A stretch of DNA of 36,028 bases from Chiloscyllium plagiosum (Eukaryota), in the NCBI RefSeq assembly GCF_004010195.1, contig NC_057749.1, positions 24,337,086-24,373,113 on the forward strand. The letters run 5' to 3'. Below are positions 34,690-36,028 of this stretch, in pieces; the stretch's first letter is position 1; the number at the start of each line of letters is the position of its first letter. The notes under the pieces were generated by a model that was given only the letters and a program-made list of their open reading frames with translations, was not told where the DNA came from and searched no databases. The translations under genes were made by a program, and so were the position numbers.

Positions 34690-36028
34690 AGTGAACTCCC
34701 AGCCTTAGTGTGGACTCAAACTCCCGGCCTCAGTGTGGACTCGGACTCCCGGCCTCAGTGTGGACTCGGACTCCCAGCCTCAGTGTGGACTCAAACTCCC
34801 GGCCTCAGCGTGGACTCAAACACCCGGCCTCAGTGGGAACTCGGACTCCCGGCCTCAGTGTGAACTCAAACTCCCGGCCTCAGTGTGGACTCGGACTCCC
34901 GGCCTCAGTGTGAACTCAAACTCCCGGCCTCAGTGTGGACTCAAACTCCCAGCCTCAGTGTGGACTCGGACTTCCGGCCTCAGTGTGGACTCAAATTCCT
35001 AGTCTCAGTGTGAACTCAAACTCCCAGCCTCAGTATGGACTTGGACACCCAGCCTCAGTGTGGACTCAAACTCCCGGCCTCAGTGTGGACTCGATCTCCC
35101 GGCCTCAGTGTGGACTCAAATTCCTGGCCTCAGTGTGAACTCAAACTCCCAGCCTCAGTGTGGACTCAAACACCCGGCCTCAGTATGGACTCGGACTCCC
35201 GGCCTCGGTGTGGACTCGGACTCCCGGCCTCGGCATGAACTCAAACTCCCAGCCTCAGTGTGGACTCAAATTCCTGGCCTCAGTGTGAACTCAAACCCCC
35301 GGCCTCAGTGTGGACTCAAACTCCCGGCCTCAGTATGGACTCGGACTCCCAGCCTCAGTGTGGACTCAAACTCCCGGCCTCAGTATGGACTCGGACTCCC
35401 GTCCTCGGTGTGGACTTGAACTCCCAGCCTCAGTCTGGACTCAAACTCCCGGCCTCAGTGTGGGACTCAAACTCCCGGCCTCAATGTGGGACTCAAACTC
35501 CTGGCCTCAGTGTGGACTCAAACTCCTGCCCTCAGTGTGGGACCCAAACTCCCGGCCTCAGCGAGGACTCAAACTCTCGACCTCAGCGTGAACTCAAACT
35601 CCCAGCCTCAGTGTGGACCTGAACCCTGTGCCTCAGTGTGAACTCAAACTCCCATCCTCAGTGTGGACTCGGACTCCCAGCCTAAGTGTGAACTCAAACT
35701 CCCGGCCTCAGTGTGGACTCAAACTCCCGGCCTCAGTGTGGACTCAAACTCACAGCCTCAGTGTGGACTCAAACTACCGGCCTCAGTGTGGACTCAAACT
35801 CCCGGCCTCAGTGTGGACTCAAACTCCCGGCCTCAGTGTGGACTCAAACTCCCGGCCTCAGTGTGGACTCAAACTCCCGGCCTCAGTGTGGACTCAAACT
35901 CCCGGCCTCAGTGTGGACTCAAACTCCCGGCCTCAGTGTGGACTCAAACTCCCGGCCTCAGTGTGGACTCAAACTCCCGGCCTCAGTGTGGACTCAAACT
36001 CCCGGCCTCAGTATGGACTCGGACTCCC
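34690..36028. repeat. 25-bp minisatellite GGACTCAAACTCCCGGCCTCAGTGT (runs off the right edge)
   Basis: More than 50 units, becoming nearly invariant after about 35780. Confidence 0.97.

Noticed and set aside
20300..34690. Divergently transcribed neighbour gene (e.g. a RAB8/RAB13 exon 1)
   Set aside because: No recognisable coding exon was found. The region reads as TE debris, although small exons could be missed by eye.
34690..36028. CRISPR-like array, coding repeats, or Alu/B-box similarity of the 25-mer
   Set aside because: There are no unique spacers and the context is eukaryotic. The ORFs are repeat artefacts and the B-box likeness is short and imperfect.

Overview
Vertebrate genomic DNA, almost certainly from a cartilaginous fish (HE1-type V-SINEs, HER1/CR1 LINE tails, DeuSINEs). 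It is dominated by retroelement debris, with a minisatellite at each end (20/19-bp units at 1-4110; 25-bp units at about 34690-36028) and a 118-N gap. The only host gene I can support is the 5' half of a minus-strand 40S ribosomal protein S27 (RPS27/RPS27L-family) gene: a 6-nt coding exon 1 (ATG CCT|gtgagt, 20087-20092), a 109-nt exon 2 (12405-12513) and an ETS/TCT/Inr promoter. Exons 3-4 were not found and presumably lie left of the window. Best lead: at 27.2-28.7 kb a Tx1-type (L1-clade) LINE has inserted three independent times at the same site, TCTCCTGTTCAT, in the TATA-like box of a small solo LTR. One copy carries a 3'-transduced homologous target from another locus and a template-switched SINE head, which suggests an LTR-targeting site-specific retrotransposon. 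Other leads are minimal hammerhead-ribozyme motifs in Penelope termini, a putative VNTR-carrying non-autonomous retroposon family, locally templated insertions, and an old duplication that records the CpG-island edge. Family names come from recognition, not database searches, and TE boundaries are approximate unless a TSD is quoted.
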